DNA of 64,000 bases from Lama glama. Its lineage: Eukaryota. A program made the position numbers and the translations under genes. The notes beneath the pieces were generated by a model, which saw nothing but the letters and a program-made list of their open reading frames with translations, made no database searches and was not told the DNA's origin. Positions 24,715 to 37,500 of this stretch are shown here, piece after piece (the stretch's first letter is position 1; each line of letters begins with the position of its first letter). The stretch is taken from NCBI GenBank assembly GCA_028534125.1, contig CM052816.1, positions 27,778,001-27,842,000 of the forward strand, in the 5' to 3' direction.

Positions 24715-25797
24715 CTCATACATTCGTTTTCATATTCTTTTTCACCATAAGTTACTACAAGATATTGAATATAGGTCCCTGTGCTATACAGTAGGAAATT
24801 ATTGTTTATCTATTTTATATATAGTAGTTAGTATCTACAAATCCTGAACTCCCAATTTATCCCTCCCCACCCTCTTTCCCCCCTGTTAACCATAAGTTTG
24901 CTGTCTGTGTCTGTGAGTCTGTCTCTGTTTTGTAAATAAGTTCATTTGTGTCTTTTTTTTTTTTTATTCCACACATGAGTGATATCATACGGTATTTTTC
25001 TTTCTCTTTCTGGCTTACGTCACTTAATATGACTATCTCTAGGTCCATCCATATTGCTGCATATGGCATCGTTTTATTCTTTTTTATGGTAGAGTAATTA
25101 ACTGATGGATATTTAGGTTGCTTCCATGTCTTGGCTATTGTAAATAGTGGTGCTGTGAACCTTGAGGTGCATGTATCTTTTCAATTAGAGTTTCCTCTGG
25201 ATATATGCCCAGGAGTGGGATAGCTGAGACATATGGTAAGTCTATTTTCAGTTTAAGGACTCTCCATACTGTTTTCCGTAATGGCTGCACCAAACTACAT
25301 TACCATCCACAGTGTAGGAGGGTTCCCTTTACTCCACACCCTCTCCAGCATTTACTGTTTGCAGATTTTTTAATGACTTTGTCCAGTGTGAAATGATACC
25401 TCATTGTAGTTTTAATTTGTGTTTCTCTGATAATTAGTGATATTGAACATTTTTTTCATCTGCCTATTTGCCATTTGTATGTCTTCTTTGGAGAAACATT
25501 TGTTTAGTTCTTTTGCCAATTTTTGGATTGGGCTGTTTGTTGTTGTTATTAAGTTGTATGAGCTATTTGTATATGCTGGAAATTAAGCCCTTGTCAGTCG
25601 TATCATTTGCATATATTTTTCCCATTCCATAGTCTGTGTTTTAGCTTTATTTATGGTTTCTTTTGCTGTATAAAAGTTTATGTTTAATTAGGTCCCATTT
25701 GTTTATTTTTGCTTTCATTTCTATTGCCTGTGAACAATGCCCTAGAAGAACATCACTATGATTTATATCAGAGAATGTTCTGACCATTTCTTATAGG
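24715..25797 (-). mobile_element. Camelid-type LINE-1 3' fragment (~1.1 kb; terminal tail not visible)
   Basis: ORF 24857-25069 MPYAAIWMDLEIVILSDVSQKEK is the L1 ORF2 C-terminus; collinear with the copy at 11645. Confidence 0.95.
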
Positions 25798-26449
25798 GAT
25801 TCAGAGACTGAAAGACTATGCCATCACTGTCTCCATTTTCCTAGAATCTTATTCTTTTCCTTCTCCTTTTGAAAGAGAATTAAAATATAATTATACAGTA
25901 AATTATCATGATTTATGACTTTCTCCTTATTCCAAACACTACCCTGAAATTGTATATAATTTTTATTCTTTTTATTGTTTTCTAACTTTTACTACATATG
26001 TATGTACATGGAATAGATTTCAGGTACCTGTAGCCTATACCTGATGGGGATGATATACCTGTGCATTTGTCTTTTCAGTCACCCAAAAGTAGCCTTCAAA
26101 AATGAACTAGGGTTATTATCTTTACTTTTACCACTTAGACAGGTAAACACGTAGCCACATTTTCCAGAAAGTCATGTGAAGCCAAAAGATAATTAAAGCC
26201 CTCATGAGAATCACTGAATCTTCTTTAATACATAAAGACATACTCATCCTACTCACTATTTTATTGGCAACAGTGATTTCATGGTGACTTAGCTTCTTTC
26301 ACATGGGAAGAATGCAGTTGAGCCTTCTATTTTGTACAGTGATTTTCAAAATGTAAGTTTTCATATCTTTTACTTCATTAAAGAAACTTTGGTCATTTGC
26401 CTATGTTTTTTGGTATATTTCTGTCAATCACCTTACTTCTGTGATACAC

Positions 26450-29400
26450 ACAAATACCTATCCATAAAAAATATATAGTATTCTGTATTTTTAAAATTTA
26501 CATAAATGGAAGTGTACTTACATTGCTCTTACAACTTGTTTTGCTGCCCAACATTTTATTTTCAAATATATTAATTTGATGGAGATCTAGTTCATTCAAC
26601 TTACCTGCTGTATAGAATTCTATAAAAAATATCCAACAGTTTATCTATTTTCCTACTAACAGATATTTTAATATATGTCCTTATATATGCCATCTGAGAA
26701 ACATACCCAAGGGTTTCTCCAAGGTATATATCTGAAAATCTAGGCTATGCACATATTCTCATTTTCTAGATATTGCTTTCTATAGTGGTTTCATTTAAAA
26801 GCCATTCAGTAAGAATTTTTGTTTACTCATATTTCAAATTTGATGAGAGTTCTTATTGTTTACTACTCTGTTTGAAATTACATCCAATGTTGCTTTAATT
26901 TGCATTATCCTATTTAATAATGAGATTGGTCATCTTTTGTATATGTTTATTGAAATTCTAGTTTCCTATTCCATGAATTGCTCATTTATAACTTTACCCA
27001 TTTTTCTATAGAATTTCTTGTCTTTTTCTTACAGGTTAATGGGAGTTTTTTTGCTTTGCAGAATTTATATGTTCTGGGTATTAAATTTTCGTTAGTACAT
27101 TTCATTGTAAGTTGCAAACATTCATATGCTTCACTCAACATTTCAGCCCATATATCATTAATGACACTTAGATATTCATTTACTGACCCAGCTTTTAGGT
27201 AAGACTTACATAAAATGAAATGCTCACAATCTAAGTATACCATTTGATGGGTTTTGGCAAATGCATACACCTGTGTAACCCAAACTTCTATCAAGAACAT
27301 TGTATTTCCTCTATATAGAATGTTATCATCATCCTAGAAAATTCCCTCACCCCCTTCAGACCCACAGAAATAACTATTCTTCTGAGTTTTTTCTCACTAT
27401 AAATTAATTTGCCTATGTTAGAACTTCAAATAATTAGAACATATAACATATAATCCTTCATAAAAGGCTTCTTTCCCTTGGTATGTTTTTGGGATTGACC
27501 TATGTTGTTGTATGTTTTGGGAGTTAGTCTTTATTACCAAGCATTACTTTATTGTATGGATATAGTGCAGCTTTTTCATCCATTCTTATATTGATGAATA
27601 CCTGGCCTGTTTCTAGTCTGGGGGTATTGTGATTAAAGATACTAAAAACATTTTTGTAGAGTGTTTCTGTTAATATGTCATTTCATGTCTCTTGGGGAAG
27701 TACCAAGAAGTAGAATTTCTTATCTAACAGAGTTGACCTTTTTCAAAGATAATTTCTCCTACTATATTTATTCTTATGGTTAGTCCAGACACACTGTTAT
27801 CTTTAGATATATAACATAAAATGACTCTACTCTGTTATTCCAATTGGAGAAAATAGTATTTCCAAAGACAGAGAATAAGATCTAGTCTAAAAATGCCAGA
27901 TATTGCTGGTATGTACAGTGTCAGATGTGAGGAATAATGGAGCATAAGATTGGAGAAGGAAAAGAACTTTAGTGACATATTTAAACAAATACAGACTTTA
28001 TTCTGTAGATTTTCTGAAAGATATTAATTTTTTAGCATAGAAAAACAAAAGTAAGCTTCACTGAAAAGTAATTGCAGCTAGAGACAAAGAACAATTAATA
28101 GTAAGGGTCTAACATCTGACACTTCACTTTCCTTTACAACACATGCAACATAATTTAATATTCTTTGTATGACATTCAATTATTGATACCTACAAATATT
28201 AATAAATAAATACATACAATTATCATTTATAGCAGCATTGTCCCTTTTTAGTTTGATGGATTGTATTTCTGATGTCTTACCAAAAATCACTTTACCTAAC
28301 CAGGCCACCAAAATTTTCTCCTAATTTTTTATCTAGCTATTTAAAGTTTTAGGTTTTATATTTAATTCTATGGTCCATGTCCACTGTGAGCTAGTTTTTG
28401 GAGATGGTGCGAGGTAAATTAAGGTCTATTTTGCTTGCTGTTTGTGATTGTCTAGCACGTTATGTTGAAAGGAATATCCTTTCTACTTAAAACTGCACAT
28501 TTATTAAAAAAATTAATTGACAGTGTATGTAGGGATTTATCTATGGAGTCTTTATTCTGCTCCATTTATATATATGTCCATTTTTTCTTTGATACAAAAC
28601 TATATTGATAAGTGTAGCTTTATGCTAAGTCTTGAAATCCAGTGGTATAAGTTCACCTGCTTTGTTCTTCACATTTGTTTAGGCTATTCTACTTTTGCTT
28701 TTCCATATAATTTTGGAACCAGCTTGTTAATTTTCACAAAAAATGCTGCTGATATTTTAATCAGAATTATTAAATCTACACAACAGTGTCCAAGTAACTG
28801 ACATTTTAACAATATTTAGTCTTGTAATCCATAATTATATTTCCTGATACTGTGCTTATTCAGACTTTTAAAATTTATCTCATCAGTGTTTTATTGTTTT
28901 TAATGTGCAGATCTTACTTATGTTTTGTTAGAATTGCACTGAGTGTTTAATGTTTTCTGGACTCTTCAATTCCCATTTATAACTGTTTATTGATGGCATA
29001 TAGAACCACAGTTGAATTTTCTGTACTGGTTTTGTATCCTGCAAATGTGCTAAACTCAGTTATTAGTTCCAGTGATTTATTTTGTAGGCTCTTGGGGATT
29101 TTCTAGTGATTTCTTTTGTAAACTCTTTGGGATTTTCTACATAAACAAACATGTCTACAAGTAGGAACACTTTTTTCCTTTCCAATCTGTGTGTATTTTA
29201 TTTCTTTTTCTTCATTGCTTCAGTGCAATTACTTCATTGCACTGACTATAACCTCCATAATGGTGTGAATAGTAGTGATGGGCATGAATATCCTTGTCTT
29301 GTTCCTGATATGAGGGAGAAAGGATTCTGTCATTTGCTGTTAAGTATAATGTTAGCTATAGGATTTTGGAGGAAATCCTCTTCTCTTTCCAGTTTGCTGA

Positions 29401-29510
29401 AAAGTTTTAACATAAATGTCAAACACTTTTCTATACCTATTCCAGTGGTGATTATTTTTCTTTAGTCTGTTGAATTACACTGATTGATTTCTAAAAGTGG
29501 AAACAATCCT
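26450..29510 (-). mobile_element. Ancient L1 fragments (L1M-type), including a nested L1 3' end at about 27185-27720
   Basis: GCTTTAATTTGCATTATCC, TTTCCATATAATTTTGGAACCAGCTTGT, TCCTTGTCTTGTTCCTGAT and GCATACACCTGTGTAACCC. Confidence 0.8.
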
Positions 29511-29539
29511 CTTTCTACAAGACTGTAAGTTCCACAAGG

Positions 29540-29700
29540 ACAGGTAGTGTTGTGTTTGAGATGAACTTGTAAGAACTGACTTGTGAGAAATGATAATATG
29601 GGATTTTGAGAACCAGTCATTCAACTATTAGTAGATGGAAGTCAGCCATCATAAGAGTATCCACAAAAGAGAAATCAGCAAATGCTAACCATCAGGACTC
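29540..29700. mobile_element. MER63-like hAT element fragment
   Basis: GAAGTCAGCCATCATAAGAGTATCCAC...GAAATCAGCAAATGCTAACCATCAGG. Confidence 0.55.
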
Positions 29701-29702
29701 CA

Positions 29703-30225
29703 TATCTGATGCTACATAACCAACAATCCCAAAACTTAGTGGATAAACTAGAGTATTTATTCTACTTACAGATACTCCATTTCACAGGTTTTGGTGGGCA
29801 CAGCTCAACTCTTTCCATTGAATGTCAACCAGACAGTCCTTAGGTCTGGGTACTGGAGTCACCTGAAGCTTCAGTCCCTCACACATCTGATGCCTCATGT
29901 AGGGAGATATGTGTGTGTGTGAAATCTTTAATGAGGATTAAGTTGTGGGGGGGGGAATGAAGCACTAGGACTCCGCTTAGATGCCTTGTGTGTGTAATGG
30001 CTCCACGGAGGTTTTTGAGGTTCTCAAGTTGGTGCTCCTACAGCTGCTATGAGCCTTATCTCATCTGTGCTCCTGGTAAATGTCATCATCAGTGAGCAGC
30101 TAATGGCGGTAAAGGGGGAAGAAATCTGTCTTGTTTAGATGGTAAAGAATATAGTTGGACTTAGGGCTGGGATAGCTGAGGTTTTCCAGGCATCTCTCTA
30201 TTTCTAAATGGCCACTCCACATGAA
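29703..30225 (-). mobile_element. MLT1H/I-like MaLR LTR split by a ~255-bp insert
   Basis: CCCAAAACTTAGTGG...CTCACACATCTGATGCCTC, resuming at GGCTGGGATAGCTG...GGCATCTCTCT. Confidence 0.65.
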
Positions 30226-30554
30226 CTCCAAACGAAATGACTTCTGGAAACATAAGTATTTTTAAGTGATAAAACATGCCCATCCATTAAGTATTTTATC
30301 AATGTCATGTTAAAAATCCTAAGAAAATCGTATCAGCTATTTGAGCAGTGATTCAAATGCTGTTGGGAGACTTCCAGTTAAATGGAATAAAATTTCTTTA
30401 AATAAATACCTTTGGGCATTCAGCTCTTCTCAGGAATGGTATAGAAATCATGGCAATAATATAACATTCTATGAAACTGTTATGGACCAAAACAAAGTAT
30501 TGGAAAGTAGGCTTTGCATGATTCCTGAATTTCCAGTGTATTTTCAATGTACTG

Positions 30555-30780
30555 GCCAAGATCACTGTATCTGGACACACTTGCTTGGATTGAAACCTAG
30601 GCTCCAATACGTGTGCAGTTTTATGGTACTAATTATTTAACCTTCCATGTCTTTGTTGCTGCAACAGTTAAGTTGGGATAATAGAGTTGTTATAAAGATT
30701 GAATTGCCTAATAAAAAAAAAACCCAGTACAATCAATACCTGGCACAGAATAAATGCTTGATTTAGCATGTATTGTTATG
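30555..30780 (+). mobile_element. MIR SINE
   Basis: TTATTTAACCTTCCATGTCT...TTGGGATAATAG...CCTGGCACAGAATAAATGCT. Confidence 0.7.
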
Positions 30781-30829
30781 ATTCTTTGCCTTAACGAATG
30801 GCATAAGTACCTCTTTATTACCAGAGCAA

Positions 30830-31550
30830 GAATCCTGGGAATCATTATCACACACTGCTTTTACTTCTCTCTAATCACTGGATGTCCAGATAGTCACCAA
30901 TTAAAGTGGACCATTCTCTCAAGTTTTCCTCACTCCACAATTGCTCCCTAACCATGTGGTATCCACAGAGCAGCCAGAATGACTTTTATAACGCCTAATA
31001 TGATAAATCACTTTTCTGCATAAGTCCCCTTAGTGGCTCTTCATCCTTGGAATGGCTTTACTAAAATTTAGCTTCTGTTTACTTAATTCCCCAGCCTCAT
31101 TTCTTGCCACATTTTTTTCTCATACTTAACAGACTCACTAGATAAACTCTCTTAAAGCTCTATGAAAGACTGCCTCATCTGAGCCTTGGTTCTTTCTTTC
31201 ATATAATATTGTTGGTTTTATTCCTGTCTTCCCTTACTGTGGCCTCCTTATCTACCTACTCTGTACTTATCCTTCAGGGTCGGCTTAGCTGTTACTACTT
31301 TGGCAGATGTCTGGCTCACCTAAGCGAGGTTAGGTGAATTCTCGGTACCTCTCCAAATGACCTCGGCATACTTCCTCAGAGCACCATGCACATTTCTAAT
31401 ATGAGTAAAAACAGTGCACAGTCTGTCTCTTCCAATAGAATATAAACTTCTAGGCAGGAGCTGGGACGCTCTTTTTTGTATTTCTGTTCCAGGCACAACA
31501 TATGGCGTATAATGAATCTCTGTTCAAAAGAAGCTGGTTGAATAATGGGT
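30830..31550 (+). mobile_element. L2 3' region
   Basis: CCACAGAGCAGCCAGAATGACTTTT and TAGAATATAAACTTCTAGGCAGG. Confidence 0.7.
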
Positions 31551-32227
31551 ACATACCTGTGATGTTGATTAATGAATTACAGGAGGGCATTTTTGGTACT
31601 GGTTTTTGGCTTTTTAAAATAAAAATGCTAGGACATTTTCCTATAGTTTTAAAAGTTTTTCTAAAATGACCTTTTAAAAAGTTGAGTTTTTTACTTAGAA
31701 AATCCTTATGATGAGATCAATTCTCATTAAATTTGTAGAGTCTTAGAGATAAGGAGAGAAGAGAGCATAAAAAGTTAATTAAGGAAATAAGAATTTGTGG
31801 GAATGTTATGTCATCCCTGAAATTGCAAATAGAATTGCAGATACTCTAATTCCTATGCCTATTGCTGTATTATATTCTTTTCGCTGCACGTACTTTCCAT
31901 TAACCTGTCTTCTCTTGTCCCAGAGCCCCATTTCCATAGAGAGGACGGGGACAGTTTTACGTGGAACATCCAGCCAGCTGGATGCCTAGAATGAGGGGTC
32001 TCACATTTTTATCTGGCAGCAATAAGAATTCAAAACTATAATTTGTGATTGCATATTTATACTGGATAACTGAATATGTAAAATAAGGACTTGTTTTTGG
32101 TAAGAATTAAATCTTGTCTATTATTTTGAGATATTAATATGCATAAACTTATTTTCTCTTAAGAATATATTCTTACTACAGAAATAATTCTTTTTATAGG
32201 AAATTGATTGTCTCTATTCCTCTAAAG

Positions 32228-32554
32228 CTGTGCTGTCAATGGATTAGCCACTAGCCAGCCACATGTATTGAGCATTCGAAATATAACTAGTCCCAATTGA
32301 GGTGTGCTGTATGTTGAAGATTTCAAAGATGTTGTTAAAAAGTTTTAGAACATAGATTATTTCAAAAATTTTATATTACCTAAATTTTAATATATAATTT
32401 ATACATTTATTGAAACAGCAATATTTTTGATATATTGGGTCAAATCAAATTTTATTCTTAAAATTAACTTCACTACTGAATTTTTTTAATATAGATAATA
32501 GAAAATTTTAAATTACATATGTGGCTTATATTATTTTTCTCTTGGACAGCTTTG
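32228..32554. mobile_element. MER33-like hAT-Charlie element
   Basis: TIRs CTGTGCTGTCAAT / TTGGACAGCTTTG, TAGCCACTAGCC, and a degenerate 8-bp TSD ctctaaag/ctctaagt. Confidence 0.85.
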
Positions 32555-34439
32555 CTCTAAGTGGTTCCTGTTTTGTAGCTTCTTTTGTGTGCATGGGATC
32601 CTGAGGAAGTCTGTGACAAAAGGGCTTCAGGTCAAACCCTATCAACAAAGCAAGTGTAATACATTTATGTCAGTATGTACAATACATACTGTAGGTAAAT
32701 GCACATGGTACTTCATCTTTTTCCCAACAATATTTCAAACATGTCAGTCATGATGTAATCTTGTGAATAGCTATAGTCTACAGTTTATGTCTTGATTATA
32801 GATTTTATGTTCTTTTAAACATTTTAATGTAAAAGTTGTGCTTCTGAATCTTCAATTACATTCTTTTTTCTGCTATTTTTCTCTAAAATACTGAAGGAAA
32901 TTGCAATTTGTATTGCACACTTAGTCACCTCCATCAATTTCCCTCCAGTCTTTTTGAACAGTGAATGAGACTTGGGAATGCAGACCAGGGAACTTTGTGG
33001 GTAAGAAGGGGCTTGCCTGCAAGGGACAATGTGTGAAGCAAGGCAGCCCTGAAGGCAGGCCAGGAGAAGCTGAAACCAAAGCCCAGCAGACAGCCCAACT
33101 GTGCTATTCCTACAGAGAGTGACGGATTCCATATAGGCTGCAACGGTTGGGAACTATGGAAACTAGAACAGAGTGAGAGTAAACAAGGGTGACAGAGCTG
33201 GAAAAATCCCTTGAGCTGTAGGACGACAGGCAGATGGTATTTTTATGGAGCATCAGTGGCACTGGGCTGTGTGCAGAGGAGTGGGAAGGTCATTAGGACA
33301 TCAGCCTGTTTCAGACAACCAATTACACTTTGTACAGGTTTAAGTGTATTTTAAAATAAAATTTCTATTTGATATAGAAATAGTAAATTTAATTTGTGAA
33401 TTGGGCCAAGCAATATTTCTGCATTATTAAATTGAACCAGTAGTTTAAAATAATAAAAAGCTGAAATTATGCTCCACATAAGGAAGAAATCAAATATGAT
33501 CTTTTGGTTCAAAATTCTTAACTGAGCTATCTTGTATTTGCTTTTCATTCCAACACCACTGTCAAATTTCAGCCGTCTGGACTCATTTATACTTGATTTT
33601 CTAAAATAGATAATAAACCATTTGTTTGGTAGCTCTTCAATAATGTACTTCCACAGCTATAAAAAAAAACCCACCAACAACCATTTTTGTTTGTGTTTGG
33701 CAAACATAGCAATTTTAATTCTATTTAAGTTTACTCTTCTTGAGACAACAGCTTTAGTATAATCAACTTGTACATGATAATATTTTGACATCTTAACCAG
33801 TTTCTTGGTGACTAAGAATATCTTAATAAATTATCTTGGTTTCCGATAAAAGGATATAATGGTCCAAAGCAAGTGACTTACTGGTTCATAGGAAGAAGAA
33901 GGGAGTCAAGCTAGAGATTGGCTAGAGATTCCCATTAGAGTGATGCATCATAATTTTGGGTAGAATTGTTGAGAAGATAAGCTATTATCCTTTACAAATG
34001 AGACAAATTCTTCCTTTATTTACAATGCCCCCATGAGGTCAGGGAAGCACACTCATGGCAGTTTTTTAGGAGAGGGCTGAGGAGTTAAGCAGTCTATGGC
34101 TCCCACAGTGGGGACTGAGACCAAGAGCCAGGTTGTCTTCATTTATATATCAGGATGATATGGCCAAAGAGGAAGTCAGAAAGTCTGAAACCATCTCTCT
34201 GGAATTTGAGGAGAGACTCCATTCTACCTATCTGGTCTCTCTTTTTCCCACACCACAGAATTCTTTCATCTCCCAAGTATCTTTGGTTCCTTGGTTTCTC
34301 ATTCTTCTGTCTTTACTTTTTATCTCTCAATGTTGAGTACACTGTGGATTCATTATGGTGATCTAGTTCAAGAATGACCATTCATTGGTTTTGTTTACTT
34401 TCTGTAGCTGTAGGCCAGGAGAAAGGGGAGGTAGTGGCT

Positions 34440-34680
34440 ATTGCACAGTTGATAAAACATGGACTCTAAATTCAGACAGTTTGGTTAGAACTTGAGCTTT
34501 AATACTTCCTAGCTGGGTAACTTATTTAACTTCTTTATGTCTGTTTTCTCTACAAAGAGGGAACCAAAAATAGCACTTGTCTTGTAAAGCTGCTTGAGGA
34601 TTGAATGATGAATAAATGAGAAGTGTTTAGCCAGTTCCTTGCAAGTAATATGCACCCAAAAAAGCTGGTTATTGTTATTA
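34440..34680 (+). mobile_element. MIR SINE
   Basis: ACTTCCTAGCTGGGTAAC, TTATTTAACTTCTTTATGTCTG and GAGGATTGAATGA. Confidence 0.7.
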
Positions 34681-35569
34681 TGGAGAAAAAATGTATCAGT
34701 CCACAGCTACGTCTTCACTGAGCTCTTACTGGGCACCTCTTTGGCTGTGAAGAACATTGATTATACAATGTAATGACAGTTGGCAATTGATGGACAAATA
34801 TAATCCAAAGCATTCTTAGGGGAATCCTATGTCTAGCATACTAATAGACCCCACAATAAAAGCTTGATAACTATCATCAATTTTCTGTATATGCAGAAAC
34901 ACTGGAACTCAATTATTTTTAATGAAATTCCCACTTTCTCAAAACGTAAATCATGAACAAGTTTTAAAAAATTAAGCTTGCCTTGGAGACAAAATGTGAC
35001 TCTACACTGACTTAGATTTATCAATTCAATTTATTACATCTTTTCTTTTTTAATTAAAAGCTGGTAGATAGTCAGTCACTCTGGAATGTACACTCTATCA
35101 CTTCTATCAAAGCCTTTAATATGAGACAAACAATTTCCCTATTGGAGTTTTTTTTTTTTTCATTGTGTTGGCATCATTTCTGTTTATCAGATTAAGTACT
35201 ACAAAGGAAAGAATGTTTGGTGGGTTGATTGTCTATCTTCAAACTCAGTTAATCATGGCATAGCAGAAAAGTGAAAACTTAGGCATTACAATTTAAGTGG
35301 TGACAGAAGAACAGCTAATGAAAGGCAGATGAAAAGAAACCATTATTTAAATAAACATTCAGGAAAAAGTACTAGGATATTTTATGTTACTAAAATCATA
35401 AATAGTTCAAAATGGGGTTTGTATGAATATTACAAATCTGCTATCATCTTTTAAAAGATTTTTAAGGCCATTAGCCACAGAGATCTGAAACTTTTCATTG
35501 AATATTTGAGAAGAAAGGTAAACTGTTTACTCTGTTTTCCATTTTTAGAGAGATATTAGACTACAGTTC

Positions 35570-35830
35570 TAAGAAATGGCATAATGGATAAAAACAAAGT
35601 CGTTTGAAGCAGGCATTTGCAGTTAGAAAGATACCTTATTCCCTTGAGTAAGTTTAGTAACCTTGGAACTTCATATTATCTGTGATAAGGATTTAATAAC
35701 AGAATCCACCTTATAGGGGTTTTATGTGACTTTAATAAATCGATTCATTTAAAGTTTTTAGAAAAACTTGCCATATAGTATGCATCCTACCAATTAATGT
35801 TGTTATTGTCATTATTATTATTATTACTAT
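35570..35830 (+). mobile_element. MIR SINE
   Basis: CCTTGAGTAAGTT, ACCTTATAGGGGTTTT and a (TTA)n tail. Confidence 0.65.
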
Positions 35831-36859
35831 AATTCCATATGAAGCTATTGTTCGGTAAAATTTTGGAACTAATTCTTGTCCATTCAAAACTTACTTTAGG
35901 ATTAATTTATAAAGTGTTTGCTCTAACATAACAGGGTTTAAAAAAAGAGAGATGAGGATATAATAGACTAGAGGCTTCTCACTCTCCAAAGAAATCACCA
36001 CTAAATCTAATCATCAGTATTAATTTTAGAAAAATATGCATATCCTGACATCATTTGAACTGGTGTTATATTGTTACATACATCTTGGACTAGTTATGAA
36101 TACAGTTAAATGATTAATATTGCTTAATTTTACTTTCTATAGTGTACATATATTGGTGTAGTTCACACCTTATGTTCTGAATGTTATAGATTTGGATATT
36201 TGTAGCTTTGCCCTGGACAGCTAAGAAATGAGATCCAGATGAGATGCTTTCAATTCTTAACTACATGCCTTCCAGAAACACTCTAGGCCTATTTCTCTGA
36301 GTATTTATGAAGCTTCTTACAGGTTAAAATTCTACAATTTGAAGTGCAATAATGTAACTATGGTTAGGAGGCTAATTCATAGCAATAAATTAATATTGTA
36401 TAATTAACTTTAAACCAAACTCATTAAAAAGTATAAAGGCTTCAGTTATACCAAGAAAAATAAGATTTAAAATATAGGAAATCTCATTTATAATAAAATA
36501 ATCTATTGTATGAATTTTTAAAATTTTGTAGTTAGTGCTTAAGTTCTGCCTCCACATGTTGTGTACAGAGGCAGGAGGTTGTTAAAAAATAAATGTATCT
36601 ACTTAACTTTTAAGTGTATATTCTATTTCCCTAGTTAGGTTGTACAAATCTCAAAATCAGGAAGCTCAGGTGTGTATATCCTAACTGGAAAAATAAAAAA
36701 TATATTTAAAAGTTATGTATCAATAGTTTTATTCAGTATGTAGCTATGTTCTCTTTAAAAAGTTACCTCTAAAGTTGTAAAAATATTGTGTATACTTAAA
36801 CTTGCATTTTTCTACCTAGATACATTTAGTGCAGGAAGTCTACATCTCAGGCAAAGGAA

Positions 36860-37500
36860 ATGATGTGAACTCAAGCTTTATCAAGGAGTAGTGAATAGAC
36901 TAGTTTGGATGGAACAGAGGGTTTGGAGGAGTGGACAGAGACACTCCTTTCCCCACCCCACCCCCAAAACATAAGAGCTTCAAAGTAGGATGGAGAACTT
37001 ATTGCTGAATGTCTTGAATACCTGGTGAAGATATATAACATAACTTCACAGAAAAAAAAATGGGAATGATTACAAATTTTAAAAATATGTATATATAATA
37101 AATGCGAAGTGTGTTTTTGTGTCTGGCAGCTCTGTTAAGGTAAATTGGATATGAGAGAATGGAGTCAACAAGGTAGCTAAGATTGGTTTAGCAGCAGTAG
37201 AACTGTAGAAGGAATAAATGCAAGTGATGTGATTTCCTCAAGTGCTAATCTATTCTTATACATCGTTGCATCTTAAGCACATTGTATACAACAGATGCTT
37301 AATTTTTTAAATATAAAAACTTGATTGTTGAATAGGTGTTGGAAGTTTAAGAGATGGGTAGGTCAAAAGCAATTCCAAGTTTTCAAGCTTGGGTGATTGA
37401 AAATAATACTGTCAAATAGATTTACCTTTCGGGTTTGCTGATTGGGAGAAGGTAATAAATTCAGATTTATAAATTTTAAGTTTTAGGTGCAGAGAGGTCA
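36860..37500 (-). mobile_element. L2 fragments
   Basis: GACTAGTTTGGATGGAACAGAGGG and TCCAAGTTTTCAAGCTTGGGTGATTG. Confidence 0.6.

Noticed and set aside
29071..29138. 34-bp tandem duplication
   Set aside because: Ordinary diverged duplication inside an old L1.
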